Counted from the first letter of the stretch, positions 10,352 to 20,099 are shown. The stretch is 64,000 bases of DNA from Pseudomonadota bacterium (GCA_040388805.1 JAZKBE010000032.1:485-64484), one strand, 5' to 3'. Numbers and translations are program-made. The notes: generated from the letters alone by a model not told the origin.

Positions 10352-11589
10352 ACGTGCGCGAACTGCTGCGGCGTGAAACGGGCCTGAACCTGAGCGCCGC
10401 CATCGTCGAGCGCGCGGTCGCCGAGCGCGTGGCGATCCTGGGCCTGGACAATGCGCAGGCTTATTCCGCCGTGCTGACCCAGCCCGAACTGAAAGCCCTG
10501 GTGGAACTGGTGGTGGTGCCCGAATCGTGGATGTTCCGCGATGCCGATGCCTTCGCCGCGGCCACAGCCGAAGTGCGAGAACGGCTGGCCGCGCATCCGG
10601 CGCGCACCGTGCGCATCCTGTCGGTGCCGTGCGCCGGCGGCGAAGAACCCTATTCGATGGCCATGGCGCTGTGCGATGCCGGTGTGCCCAGGCACGGCTG
10701 GCAGATCGAAGCGATCGACCTGTCGGAAGTGGCGCTGGCGCGCGCGCGCGCAGGCATGTTTACCCGCAATGCCTTCCGCGGCGCGGCCATCGGCTTTCGC
10801 GAGCGCTATTTCACGCCTGTCGGCAGCGACTTCCAGATCAGCGATGAGCTGCGAACGCAAGTCGCTTTCGCGCAGGGAAACCTGCTCACGCTCGACATCA
10901 CGGCCGGTGCCGGCCGCTACGACATCATCTTCTGCCGCAACCTGCTGATTTATTTCGATACGCCGACCACAAAGCTGGCGGTGGGCCGCCTGGCCACCCT
11001 GCTGGCCGACGACGGCATCCTGTTCGCGGGCTACGCCGAAGTCCCGGCTTTCTGCGCCAGCGGCTTTGTGGCGGCGCGCCGCAAGGGCGCTTTCGCCGTG
11101 CACAAGGAAAGACGCGGCGCAGCGCGCACCGAGGTGGCAGCGCTGCCCGTGCGCCAGCCGCGCAAGGAGCGCGCCGCGCCGCCGCCGGCCAGCGCGCCGG
11201 TGCGCCGCATGCCCGCGGCGCCGCCGGCGTCGAAGCCCCTGGCGCCGCAGGACGCCGCCGCCCTGCTGGCCTGCGCCAGCCGCCAGGCCGGCCTGGGCGA
11301 CTATGCCGGCGCCGCCGCCAGCTGCCACGCGGCTCTCAAGATCGACGCCGCGGCGGCCGACGCCTATTTCATCCTCGGCATGGTCAGCGAGTGCCAGAAA
11401 AAACCGGGCGTGGCCGACGAATACTGGCGCCGCTGCGTCTATCTGCAGCCCGACCACTACGAAGCGCTGTGCCACCTGGCGCTGCTGGCCGAACAACATG
11501 GCGACGCCGCCGAAGCGTCGCGCTTCAAGCAGCGCGCCGCGCGCGTGTACCAGCGCCAGCAAGGCGCGACCGGAAAGAGCCCACGATGA
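10348..11589 (+). CDS. wspC: CheR-type methyltransferase with C-terminal TPR, WspC
   Basis: VVPESWMFRD, SVPCAGGEEPYSMAM and DIIFCRNLLIYFD motifs; C-terminal TPR (RRCVYLQPDHYEAL). Confidence 0.9.
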   Translation: MNVRELLRRETGLNLSAAIVERAVAERVAILGLDNAQAYSAVLTQPELKALVELVVVPESWMFRDADAFAAATAEVRERLAAHPARTVRILSVPCAGGEEPYSMAMALCDAGVPRHGWQIEAIDLSEVALARARAGMFTRNAFRGAAIGFRERYFTPVGSDFQISDELRTQVAFAQGNLLTLDITAGAGRYDIIFCRNLLIYFDTPTTKLAVGRLATLLADDGILFAGYAEVPAFCASGFVAARRKGAFAVHKERRGAARTEVAALPVRQPRKERAAPPPASAPVRRMPAAPPASKPLAPQDAAALLACASRQAGLGDYAGAAASCHAALKIDAAAADAYFILGMVSECQKKPGVADEYWRRCVYLQPDHYEALCHLALLAEQHGDAAEASRFKQRAARVYQRQQGATGKSPR

Positions 11590-12251
11590 CGTCCACCACA
11601 CTGATCGATTGCTGGAACAGCATCGGCGTGGCCGGCGACCAGAGCTGTCCCAAGCTGGTGCAGCACGTCCATTGCCGCAACTGCGAGGTGTATGCCGACG
11701 CCGCCCAGCGCAACCTGCAACGGCCCGTCGGCCCGCACTATCGCGAAGAATGGGCCAGCCACTTCCGCCTGCCGCGGCAGGCCCGTTCCGCCAACGACAG
11801 CGCGGTGCTGGCGTTTCGCATCGGCCGCGAATGGCTGGCCATGCCGGCCGCGATCGTCGCTAGCGTGGCGCCGTCCGCGCCCTGCCATCGCCTGCCGCAC
11901 CGCGACGGCGGCGCCCTGCTCGGCATCGTCAACGTGGGCGGCAAGCTGCTGCCGTCGGTGTCGCTGGCCAGCCTGCTCGGCATCGACGAGCGCGAAGCCG
12001 TGGCAACGAGCGGGCGCCATACCTTCGCGCGGCTGCTGGTGGTGACCTGGGACGAACAGTCCTTCGCCATACCGGTGGCCGACCTGCATGGCATCGTGCG
12101 TTACGCCGCCAGCACGGTCAAGGCGCCGCCGGCCACCATCAACAAGGGCCTGGTGCGCTACCTGACCGGCGTGGTCACCGAACAGGCGCTGCACATCGGC
12201 GTGCTCGATGCGGCGCTGGTGGGCCACCAGATGGCGAGGCTGCTGCGATGA
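11586..12251 (+). CDS. wspD: CheW-like scaffold with N-terminal Cys motif, WspD
   Basis: MTSTTLIDCWNSIGVAGDQSCPKLVQHVHCRNCEVY is the WspD-type N-terminus; CheW domain LLGIVNVGGKL. ATG at 11586. Confidence 0.9.
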   Translation: MTSTTLIDCWNSIGVAGDQSCPKLVQHVHCRNCEVYADAAQRNLQRPVGPHYREEWASHFRLPRQARSANDSAVLAFRIGREWLAMPAAIVASVAPSAPCHRLPHRDGGALLGIVNVGGKLLPSVSLASLLGIDEREAVATSGRHTFARLLVVTWDEQSFAIPVADLHGIVRYAASTVKAPPATINKGLVRYLTGVVTEQALHIGVLDAALVGHQMARLLR

Positions 12252-14476
12252 GCCAGGACAAGGACAAGGACCTGAGCCAGTTCTCGATGCAGGACCTGTT
12301 CCGCATGGAGGCGGAAGGACAGGCGCAGATCCTGACCGATGGCCTGCTGGCCATGGAACGGGGCGGCGGCGAGGCGGCTACCGTCGAATCGCTGATGCGC
12401 GCGGCCCACTCGATCAAGGGCGCGGCCGCCATCGTCGGCCTGGACGTCGTGATCCAGCTGGCGCACGCCATGGAAGACGCCTTCATCGCGGCCCAGCACC
12501 AGCGCCTGGTGCTCACGCCGGAACGCATCGACGTGCTGCTGTCCTGCGTGGACCTGATCTACCAGGTGTCGCTGCAGACCGAGAGCACCGTGGCCGCCTG
12601 GCTGGGCGAACACCGCGAACGCATCACGTCCCTGATGCTGGCGGTGACCGGCATCGACCAGATCGCGTCGACACCGCCGCTGGCAGTGCCCGAGGAAGCC
12701 GCGCCCGAAGAAGCGGCGCCGGCCGCGCGCAGCACGGGCGCCGTGCCGCGCGCCCAGGCCCACTCCTACGAACGCCTGCTGGCGCTGGCCAGCGAGTCGC
12801 GCATCAATGCACACCAGATGCATCCGTTCATCGCGGCCACGCAGCGCTTCAAGCGCAACCAGCGCTCCCTGTTCCAGGCCATGGAGCAGCTGCACGACGC
12901 GATCCTGGCCGGCGGCAACGCGCACTTGATCGACCAGTCGACGCAGGCCATGCAAAGGTCGCATCCGCTCAAGCAGTTCGTGCTGGGCCACCTGGCCGAC
13001 ATGGAAAACTACGAACGGCGCCTGATCGGCGTGGCGGAGAAACTGGTCGACGAAGTCCTGACCCTGCGCATGCGCCCTTTCCGCGACGGCGTGCAGCATT
13101 TCCCGCGCATGGTGCGCGACCTCGCGCGCAGCCTGGGAAAGGAAGCGCAGCTGGTGATCCTGGGCGAAGACAGCCTGGTCGACCGCGACATCCTGGCCGG
13201 CATCGAAAGCCCGCTCAACCACATCCTTCGCAATGCCGTCGACCACGGCATCGAAGCGCCGCAATACCGGCTGGCGCTGGGCAAGCCGGCGCTGGGAACG
13301 ATCACGCTCGAAGCGCGCCACCGGGCCGGCATGCTCAGCATCGAGATCAGCGACGACGGCGCCGGGGTCGACCTGGAGCGCATCCGCGCCAACGTCACCA
13401 CGCGCAAGCTGGCCAGCCCCGGCATGGCCGCCGCCATGTCGCAGGTCGAGCTGATGGAATTCCTGTTCCTGCCCGCGTTCAGCCTGAAGGAAACGACCAG
13501 CGAAGTCTCCGGGCGCGGGGTGGGCATGGACATCGTGCTGCAGACCGTGCGCGAGCAAAACGGCAGCGTGCACTTGGACACCGAGGCCGGGCGCTGGTTC
13601 CGCACCAGCATCACCCTGCCGCTGACCCAGTCCATCGTGCGCACGCTGGTGGTCGACGTCCAGGGCGAGGCCTACGCCATCCCCATCGTCAAGGTCGAAC
13701 GGGTGCTCAAGGTGGCGCGGGGCGCCATCCACACGTTGGAAAACAAGCAGTTCTTCGACTTCGGCGGCGAACACCTTGGTCTGGTCGCGGCCAGCCAGGT
13801 GCTGGAACTGGGCCAGATGCAGGACGGCGCCGACGAACTGGCGGTGGTGGTGATCGGCACCGGCGCGCGCCGCTACGCGCTGGTGGTCGACGCCATCCGC
13901 GGCGAACAAAGCCTGGCGGTGCAGGCGCTCGATCCGATCTTCGGCAAGATGCGGGACATCAGCTCGGCCGCCCTGCTCGACGACGGCGCGCCGGTCCTGA
14001 TCCTGGACGTGCCCGACCTGCTGCTCTCGATCGACAAGCTGCTCGGCGAAGGCGGCCTGCAGCAGCTGGCGCACGGCGACGGGCGCGAGCAGCGCCGTGC
14101 CAAGCGCATCCTGGTGGTGGACGACTCGCTTACCGTGCGCGAAATGGAACGCAAGCTGCTGCAGGCGCGCGGCTACGCGGTCGACATCGCCATCGACGGC
14201 ATCGACGGCTGGAACGTGGTGCGCAGCGGCGACTACGACCTGGTCATCACCGACGTCGACATGCCGCGCATGGACGGCATCGAACTGGTTGCCCTGATCA
14301 AGAAGGACGTCCACCTGCACAAGCTGCCGGTGATGATCGTCTCCTACAAGGACCGTGCCGAGGACCGCGCGCGCGGCATGACGGCCGGCGCCGACTACTA
14401 CCTGACCAAGGGCAGCTTCCACGACGAGACCCTGCTCGACGCCGTGTTCGAACTGATCGGAGACGCGGGACAATGA
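12248..14476 (+). CDS. wspE: Hybrid CheA-like kinase (Hpt-HATPase-CheW-REC), WspE
   Basis: Hpt RAAHSIKGAA, HILRNAVDHGIE, DDGAG, SGRGVGMD, C-terminal REC (VVDDSLTVRE, TDVDMPRMDG). Confidence 0.92.
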   Translation: MSQDKDKDLSQFSMQDLFRMEAEGQAQILTDGLLAMERGGGEAATVESLMRAAHSIKGAAAIVGLDVVIQLAHAMEDAFIAAQHQRLVLTPERIDVLLSCVDLIYQVSLQTESTVAAWLGEHRERITSLMLAVTGIDQIASTPPLAVPEEAAPEEAAPAARSTGAVPRAQAHSYERLLALASESRINAHQMHPFIAATQRFKRNQRSLFQAMEQLHDAILAGGNAHLIDQSTQAMQRSHPLKQFVLGHLADMENYERRLIGVAEKLVDEVLTLRMRPFRDGVQHFPRMVRDLARSLGKEAQLVILGEDSLVDRDILAGIESPLNHILRNAVDHGIEAPQYRLALGKPALGTITLEARHRAGMLSIEISDDGAGVDLERIRANVTTRKLASPGMAAAMSQVELMEFLFLPAFSLKETTSEVSGRGVGMDIVLQTVREQNGSVHLDTEAGRWFRTSITLPLTQSIVRTLVVDVQGEAYAIPIVKVERVLKVARGAIHTLENKQFFDFGGEHLGLVAASQVLELGQMQDGADELAVVVIGTGARRYALVVDAIRGEQSLAVQALDPIFGKMRDISSAALLDDGAPVLILDVPDLLLSIDKLLGEGGLQQLAHGDGREQRRAKRILVVDDSLTVREMERKLLQARGYAVDIAIDGIDGWNVVRSGDYDLVITDVDMPRMDGIELVALIKKDVHLHKLPVMIVSYKDRAEDRARGMTAGADYYLTKGSFHDETLLDAVFELIGDAGQ

Positions 14477-15483
14477 AGATCGGGATCGCCAACGACGTCG
14501 CGATGGCCGCCGAAGCGCTGCGGCGCGTGATCGCCAGCACCAGCGAACACCAGGTGCTGTGGATCGCGCGCACGGGCAAGGAAGCGGTGCGCATGTGCGC
14601 CGAACAGCGGCCCGACCTGGTGCTGATGGACCTGAACATGCCGGAACTGGACGGGGTGGAAGCGACCCGCCAGATCATGGAAAAGACGCCCTGCGCGATC
14701 CTGATCGTGACCGGGGCGCCGCAGGACAATGTGAGCCAGGTGTTCCGGGCGCTGGGCGCCGGCGCCCTGGACGTCACCGCCACCCCGATCCTGGCAGGCG
14801 GCAGCGGCGGCGACGCCGCCCTGCTGGCCAAGGTCAAGACCATCGGCAAGCTGGTGCGCGCCAGCGCCGGCGAAGCCCATGTGCAGTCCGGCGCGCAGGG
14901 CAGCAGCGACGTGCGCCACGTGGTGGCCATCGGCGCTTCGACCGGTGGGCCGGTCGCGGTGGCCGGCATCTTGCGGCGCTGGATTCCGCCGCCGGGAACG
15001 GCCATCGTCGTGATCCAGCACATCGATGAAAATTTCGCCCCGCATTTTTCGAAATGGCTGGGCGACCAGCTCGCCATTCCCGTCAAGGTGGTCCAGGATG
15101 GCGACAGCCTGGGAGCGGGCTGCGTGATGGTGGCGCGGACCAATGACCACCTGGCGCTCGACGCGCGCCACCGCCTGCATTACGACGCCGAACCGCGCGA
15201 CTATGCCTACCGCCCCTCGGTCGACGTGTTTTACCGCTGCCTGGCGCGGCACTGGGAGGGAGATGCCACCGGCATCCTGCTGACCGGCATGGGGCGCGAC
15301 GGCGCCCAGGGCTTGCTGGCCATGCGCAAGGCGGGCAAGCTCACCATCGCCCAGGACCAGGACAGCTGCGCCGTGTATGGCATGCCGCGCGCGGCCGCCG
15401 AGATCGGCGCGGCGGCGCAGATATTGTCACTCGACCACATTTCCAGACTGCTCAGGAGCCGCCCGGGATCAAAACTGTCATAA
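14473..15483 (+). CDS. wspF: CheB-type methylesterase response regulator, WspF
   Basis: MKIGIAND REC domain; catalytic IGASTGGP, QH, LTGMGRDGA. True start at 14473, inside the long 12208-15483 ORF. Confidence 0.92.
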   Translation: MKIGIANDVAMAAEALRRVIASTSEHQVLWIARTGKEAVRMCAEQRPDLVLMDLNMPELDGVEATRQIMEKTPCAILIVTGAPQDNVSQVFRALGAGALDVTATPILAGGSGGDAALLAKVKTIGKLVRASAGEAHVQSGAQGSSDVRHVVAIGASTGGPVAVAGILRRWIPPPGTAIVVIQHIDENFAPHFSKWLGDQLAIPVKVVQDGDSLGAGCVMVARTNDHLALDARHRLHYDAEPRDYAYRPSVDVFYRCLARHWEGDATGILLTGMGRDGAQGLLAMRKAGKLTIAQDQDSCAVYGMPRAAAEIGAAAQILSLDHISRLLRSRPGSKLS

Positions 15484-15515
15484 TGCATCAAATACTTTCT
15501 TATTTGTAAAAAATC

Positions 15516-16544
15516 ATGCCACCGGAAATTTACAAAACTGCGGCGACGCAAGAAGCGGCGATCACCCAGTTCAAGGTGCGCGTCTTGCTGGTCGACGACC
15601 AGCTGATCATCGTGGAAGCCGTCCGCCGCATGCTCGATGGCCAGCCCGACATCGAATTTCACTATTGCACCGACGCCAAGGCCGCGCTGGCCACGGCCGA
15701 GCAACTCCAGCCCACCGTCATCCTGCAAGACCTGGTCATGCCCGGCATCGACGGTTTCGGGCTGATCAAGCTGTATCGCGACAGCGCGGCGCTGCACAAT
15801 GTGCCGGTGCTGGTGCTGTCGGCGCGCGAAGACCCCAAGCTCAAGGCCCACGGTTTTGCGATGGGCGCCAACGATTACCTGGTCAAGCTGCCGGACCGGC
15901 TGGAACTGCTGGCGCGGGTACGCTATCACTCGGCCGGCCACATCAGCGCGCTGCAGCGCGACGAAGCTTTCCGTTTCCTGCGCGAAAGCCAGAAAAACCT
16001 GGCCAACGCCAATATCGAATTGCAAAAGCTGGCCGCGCTCGACAGCCTGACGGGGATCGCCAACCGGCGCCGTTTCGACGACACCATGGGCATCGAATGG
16101 CAGCGCGGGCAACGCGACAAGCAGCCGCTGGCGCTGCTGATGTGCGACCTCGACTATTTCAAGGCCTACAACGACGCATTCGGCCACCTGGCGGGCGACC
16201 TGTGCCTGAAAAAGGCGGCGGCGGTGCTGACCGAAAACCTGAAGCGCCCAGCGGACCTGTCTTCCCGTTACGGCGGCGAAGAATTCGCCATCGTGCTGCC
16301 CGAGACCGACCTGGCCGGCGCGCTGGTGGTGGCCGCGGCCTGCCGCAGCCATCTGGAACAACTGGCCATCGCCCATCCGGGCTCGCCGCTGGGCGTGGTC
16401 ACCATGTCGATCGGCGTGGCCAGCGTGCTGCCTTCGCCGGGCGGCACGATCGAAGGCCTGATCGGCTGCGCCGACCAGGCCCTGTACGACGCCAAGAAGG
16501 GCGGGCGCAACCGCGTAAGCCAGGCCAGCGCGGCACCGGATTAA
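15516..16544 (+). CDS. wspR: REC-GGDEF diguanylate cyclase, WspR
   Basis: REC (LVDDQ, QDLVMP), DSLTGIANRR, I-site RPAD five residues before GGEEF. Confidence 0.93.
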   Translation: MPPEIYKTAATQEAAITQFKVRVLLVDDQLIIVEAVRRMLDGQPDIEFHYCTDAKAALATAEQLQPTVILQDLVMPGIDGFGLIKLYRDSAALHNVPVLVLSAREDPKLKAHGFAMGANDYLVKLPDRLELLARVRYHSAGHISALQRDEAFRFLRESQKNLANANIELQKLAALDSLTGIANRRRFDDTMGIEWQRGQRDKQPLALLMCDLDYFKAYNDAFGHLAGDLCLKKAAAVLTENLKRPADLSSRYGGEEFAIVLPETDLAGALVVAAACRSHLEQLAIAHPGSPLGVVTMSIGVASVLPSPGGTIEGLIGCADQALYDAKKGGRNRVSQASAAPD

Positions 16545-16569
16545 TCACAACGAGGAACACAGGAAGACC

Positions 16570-16881
16570 ATGAGCACTTTGAGCAATGTAGCCCTGACCA
16601 AGAAATCGAATGTGTACTTTGACGGCAAATGCGTCTCGCATACCGTGCTGCTGGCCGACGGCAGCAAGAAAACGGTGGGCGTGATCTTCCCCTCCTCGCT
16701 GACCTTCAACACGCTCGCCCCGGAAATCATGGAACTGGTGGCCGGCAAATGCCGCGTGCGCCTGGCGGGCGAGACCGCATGGCAAAGCTACGAAGGCGGT
16801 CAGCAATTTTCGGTAGGCGCCAACACCTCCTTCGACATCGAAACGATAGAACTGCTCGACTACGTCTGCCACTTCGGCTGA
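16570..16881 (+). CDS. ppnP: Pyrimidine/purine nucleoside phosphorylase (DUF1255)
   Basis: NVYFDGKC.S, KTVGV, F.T.APEIME and YVCHFG family motifs. Confidence 0.9.
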   Translation: MSTLSNVALTKKSNVYFDGKCVSHTVLLADGSKKTVGVIFPSSLTFNTLAPEIMELVAGKCRVRLAGETAWQSYEGGQQFSVGANTSFDIETIELLDYVCHFG

Positions 16882-16884
16882 TAC

Positions 16885-16940
16885 AACCGGGGTCAGACCT
16901 CGACCGAGTAATATTTCTCGGCGGAGGTCTGACCCCGGTT
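16885..16940. repeat. REP/REPIN-like palindromic element, copy 2
   Basis: 17-bp inverted repeat AACCGGGGTCAGACCTC / GAGGTCTGACCCCGGTT with a 22-nt spacer centred on AATATT, between the convergent ppnP and murB stops. Confidence 0.85.
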
Positions 16941-16944
16941 TGCA

Positions 16945-17973
16945 TTAGACGAAGACGGGTTCGGTTTCCAGGGCAACGCCGTAGCGGGCCAGGACGTCGG
17001 CCTGGATCGCTTGCGCGAGGGCGAGCACGTCGGCGCCCGTGGCGGCGCCATTGTTGACCAGCACCAGCGCCTGCTTCGGATAGACGCCGGCCTGGCCGAT
17101 GCCCTTGCCTTTCCAGCCGCACTGGTCGATCAGCCAGCCGGCGGCGAGCTTTTCCGTGCCGTCGGCCTGGGCGTGGTGCACCAGCGCCGGGTGGCTTGCC
17201 AGCAAGCGCTGGCATTGCGCGCTCGATACCACGGGATTCTTGAAGAAGCTGCCGGCATTGCCGATCACGGCCGGGTCGGGCAGCTTGCGGCGCCGGATCG
17301 CCACCACCGTGTCGCTGACCTGCTGCGCGCTGGGCGCGGCCAGGCCGGCATCCATCACCGCCTGCGCCAGTTCGGCGTAGCGCAAATTCGGCGCCCAGGC
17401 GTCCGGCAGGGCGAAGGTGACGTCCACGATGACCAGGCCCTGCCCTTCGGCATGCTTGAAGATGCTGTCGCGGTAGCCGAAGCGGCACGCCGCGCCATCC
17501 ATGCTGCGCAGCGCGCCCGTGGCCAGGTCGTACGCGGTCAGGCTGTGGAAGCTGTCCTTGATTTCCGCTCCGTAGGCGCCGATGTTCTGGATCGGCGAGG
17601 CGCCCACGGTGCCGGGAATGAGCGACATGTTTTCCAGGCCGCCCAGCCCCTGCGCCAGGGTGTATTGCACGAATTCGTGCCAGTTTTCGCCGGCGCCGGC
17701 CCGCGCCAGGGTGCAGCCGTCAGCACGGCCCACGATCGCGCGCCCCATGATGGCCATGTGCAGCACCAGGGCGTCGACGTCGCCGGTCAGCAGGACGTTG
17801 CTGCCGCCGCCCAGCAGCAGGCGCGGCATGGCCGCCAGCGCGGGATCGGCCATGACGGCGGCCAGCCGGGCCACGCTGTCCAGTTTCAAATAGGCGCGCG
17901 CGCGCGCGGCAATGCCGAAGGTGTTCAGGGCCTGGAGCGGGTAGTCGGGGAGGATGGCGAGGTCTGCTTGCAT
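16945..17973 (-). CDS. murB: UDP-N-acetylenolpyruvoylglucosamine reductase
   Basis: LGGGSN, GLENMSLIPGTVGASPIQNIGAYG, GNAGSFFKNP, QALVLVN and LETEP motifs. Start ATG at 17973. Confidence 0.96.
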   Translation of the reverse strand: MQADLAILPDYPLQALNTFGIAARARAYLKLDSVARLAAVMADPALAAMPRLLLGGGSNVLLTGDVDALVLHMAIMGRAIVGRADGCTLARAGAGENWHEFVQYTLAQGLGGLENMSLIPGTVGASPIQNIGAYGAEIKDSFHSLTAYDLATGALRSMDGAACRFGYRDSIFKHAEGQGLVIVDVTFALPDAWAPNLRYAELAQAVMDAGLAAPSAQQVSDTVVAIRRRKLPDPAVIGNAGSFFKNPVVSSAQCQRLLASHPALVHHAQADGTEKLAAGWLIDQCGWKGKGIGQAGVYPKQALVLVNNGAATGADVLALAQAIQADVLARYGVALETEPVFV

Positions 17974-18121
17974 GGGATACCGTGGTTTTGCTCGAGTATA
18001 GAGCGAATGAGGGACAATTCGGCCCAAAGGATGAAAAATCGGCGGCGGAAGCGGGGCTGGGCCCCCGTTGTCCGTTAAAATATCGGCATTCTACATTTTG
18101 CAAGTTAAAAAGGAAGCTACC

Positions 18122-18607
18122 ATGCCATCGTTTGATGTCGTCTCTGAAGCAGACATGATCGAAGTAAAAAACGCGGTCGAGCAATCGAACAAGGAAATCA
18201 CGACCCGCTTCGATTTCAAGGGCAGTTCGGCCAAGGTCGAACAGAAGGAAGCCGAGCTGACCGCCTTCGCCGATTCCGATTTCCAGCTGTCCCAGGTGCG
18301 CGATGTGCTGACCAACAAGCTGGCCAAGCGCAAGGTCGATGTGCGTTTTCTCGATGTCGGCAAGATCGAGAAGATCGGCGGCGACAAGGTCAAGCAGGTC
18401 ATCAAGATCAAGAACGGCATCGAAACCGAAGATGCGAAAAAAATCACCAAGGTCATCAAGGAAAGCAAGATGAAGGTCCAGGCCTCCATCCAGGGCGAAT
18501 CGGTGCGCGTCACCGGCGCCAAGCGCGACGACCTGCAGGCCGCCATGGCCATGCTGCGCAAGGATGTGCCCGACATGCCGCTGGAATTCAACAACTTCCG
18601 CGACTAG
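18122..18607 (+). CDS. yajQ: YajQ family nucleotide / c-di-GMP-binding protein
   Basis: [22 protein letters not shown] and [12 protein letters not shown] motifs. Confidence 0.95.
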   Translation: MPSFDVVSEADMIEVKNAVEQSNKEITTRFDFKGSSAKVEQKEAELTAFADSDFQLSQVRDVLTNKLAKRKVDVRFLDVGKIEKIGGDKVKQVIKIKNGIETEDAKKITKVIKESKMKVQASIQGESVRVTGAKRDDLQAAMAMLRKDVPDMPLEFNNFRD

Positions 18608-18691
18608 GCTTGTCACCGGCTTGTCAACATGGTTGGAGTAGAATTGAGGGTGCGCAAAGTGCACCAGTAAAACCGTAGTCTAAGGATAGCA

Positions 18692-19957
18692 ATGAAACGT
18701 GTTGATGATTTCCGCCTGCGTCTGGGCAACAAGGAATATGTGCCCATCATGATTGGTGGCATGGGTGTCGATATTTCGACCTCCGAGCTGGCCCTCGAGG
18801 CCGCTCGCCTGGGCGGTATCGGCCATATTTCCGATGCCATGGTGGAAGATGTGTCGGACCGCAAGTTCGACACCAGCTACGTCAAGGACAAGACCAAGAC
18901 CTACAAGTTCAACATCAACAATATGGACAAGGCGGTGGTCCAGTTCGACCTGGCGCGCCTGGCCGACGCCACTCGCCGCCACGTGGGCGCGACCATGGAA
19001 GCGAAGCGCGGCGATGGCTTGATCTTTGTCAATTGCATGGAAAAGCTGACCATGAATTCGCCAAAGGAAACGCTGCGCACCCGCCTGACCGCGGCCCTGG
19101 ACGCCGGCATCGACGGCATCACCATGTCGGCCGGCCTGCACCTCGGTTCCTTTGCCCTGATCGCCGACCATCCGCGTTTCCGCGATGCCAAGCTGGGCAT
19201 CATCGTGTCGTCCGTGCGCGCGCTGGCCTTGTTCCTGCGCAAGATTTCCCGCCTCAACCGCCTGCCTGACTACATCATCGTCGAAGGCCCGCTGGCCGGC
19301 GGCCACCTCGGCTTCGGCATGGACTGGGCCGAGTACGACTTGCACACCATCATGGACGAGATCCACGCCTATATGCGCGCCGAACAGCTGGACATTCCGC
19401 TGATCGCCGCCGGCGGCGTCTTCACCGGTTCCGATGCGGTCGGCTTCCTTGAAAAAGGCGCCGGCGGCGTCCAGGTCGCCACCCGCTTCACCATCACCAA
19501 CGAATGCGGCCTGCCCGCCAAGGTCAAGCAGGAATACGTGCGCGCCACCGAAGACGACATCATCGTCAACGGCATTTCGCCGACCGGCTATCCGATGCGC
19601 ATGCTCAAGAGCACGCCGGCAATCGGCGCCGGCATCCGCCCCGGCTGCGAATCCTATGGCTACCTGCTCGATGCCACCGGCAATTGCTCGTATATCAATG
19701 CCTACAACCGCGAAGTGCTGGCCAATCCGGACGCCAAGACCGTGGTCGTGATGGACAAGACTTGCCTGTGCACGCATATGCGCAACTTCAATTGCTGGAC
19801 CTGCGGCCATTACACCTACCGCCTCAAGGACACCACGCACAAGCTGGCCGACGGCAATTACCAGATGCTGAGCGCCGAACATGTGTTCAAGGATTACCAG
19901 TTCAGCGTCGACAACCAGATCGCCCTGCCGGTCAAAGAGGATGTGGTCGCCGCCTGA
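18692..19957 (+). CDS. Nitronate monooxygenase-family FMN enzyme, FabX/UfaA-like
   Basis: IMIGGMGVDIS, IVEGPLAGGHLG, IAAGGV, GVQVATRF and SPTGYPMR motifs; Cys-rich C-terminal third. Confidence 0.8.
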   Translation: MKRVDDFRLRLGNKEYVPIMIGGMGVDISTSELALEAARLGGIGHISDAMVEDVSDRKFDTSYVKDKTKTYKFNINNMDKAVVQFDLARLADATRRHVGATMEAKRGDGLIFVNCMEKLTMNSPKETLRTRLTAALDAGIDGITMSAGLHLGSFALIADHPRFRDAKLGIIVSSVRALALFLRKISRLNRLPDYIIVEGPLAGGHLGFGMDWAEYDLHTIMDEIHAYMRAEQLDIPLIAAGGVFTGSDAVGFLEKGAGGVQVATRFTITNECGLPAKVKQEYVRATEDDIIVNGISPTGYPMRMLKSTPAIGAGIRPGCESYGYLLDATGNCSYINAYNREVLANPDAKTVVVMDKTCLCTHMRNFNCWTCGHYTYRLKDTTHKLADGNYQMLSAEHVFKDYQFSVDNQIALPVKEDVVAA

Positions 19958-19978
19958 GCCACCTCCCTGCCGCACGAT

Positions 19979-20007
19979 AGCCGCGCCGATAGCCGCGGCT
20001 TTTTTTT
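19979..20007 (+). terminator. Intrinsic terminator
   Basis: AGCCGCG-N8-CGCGGCT plus T7. Confidence 0.75.
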
Positions 20008-20078
20008 CGCCTAAACGCACGTAATAAAGCTACCAAAAACAACAGAATCGCTGTTTATCTCCCGTTTTTACGCGTAAC

Positions 20079-20099
20079 TTGTGTAGTAATATTACACAA
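20079..20099 (+). promoter_or_regulatory. Palindromic operator, HexR-like
   Basis: TTGTGTAGTAATATTACACAA. The core TGTAGT-AAT-ATTACA resembles the proteobacterial HexR consensus TGTAAT-N3-ATTACA; 42 bp upstream of the pullulanase ATG. Confidence 0.6.

Noticed and set aside
12208-15483. 1091-aa ORF suggesting a WspE-WspF fusion
   Set aside because: Only the last 336 aa (from ATG 14473) are CheB-like. The upstream part is an off-frame read of the intact wspE.
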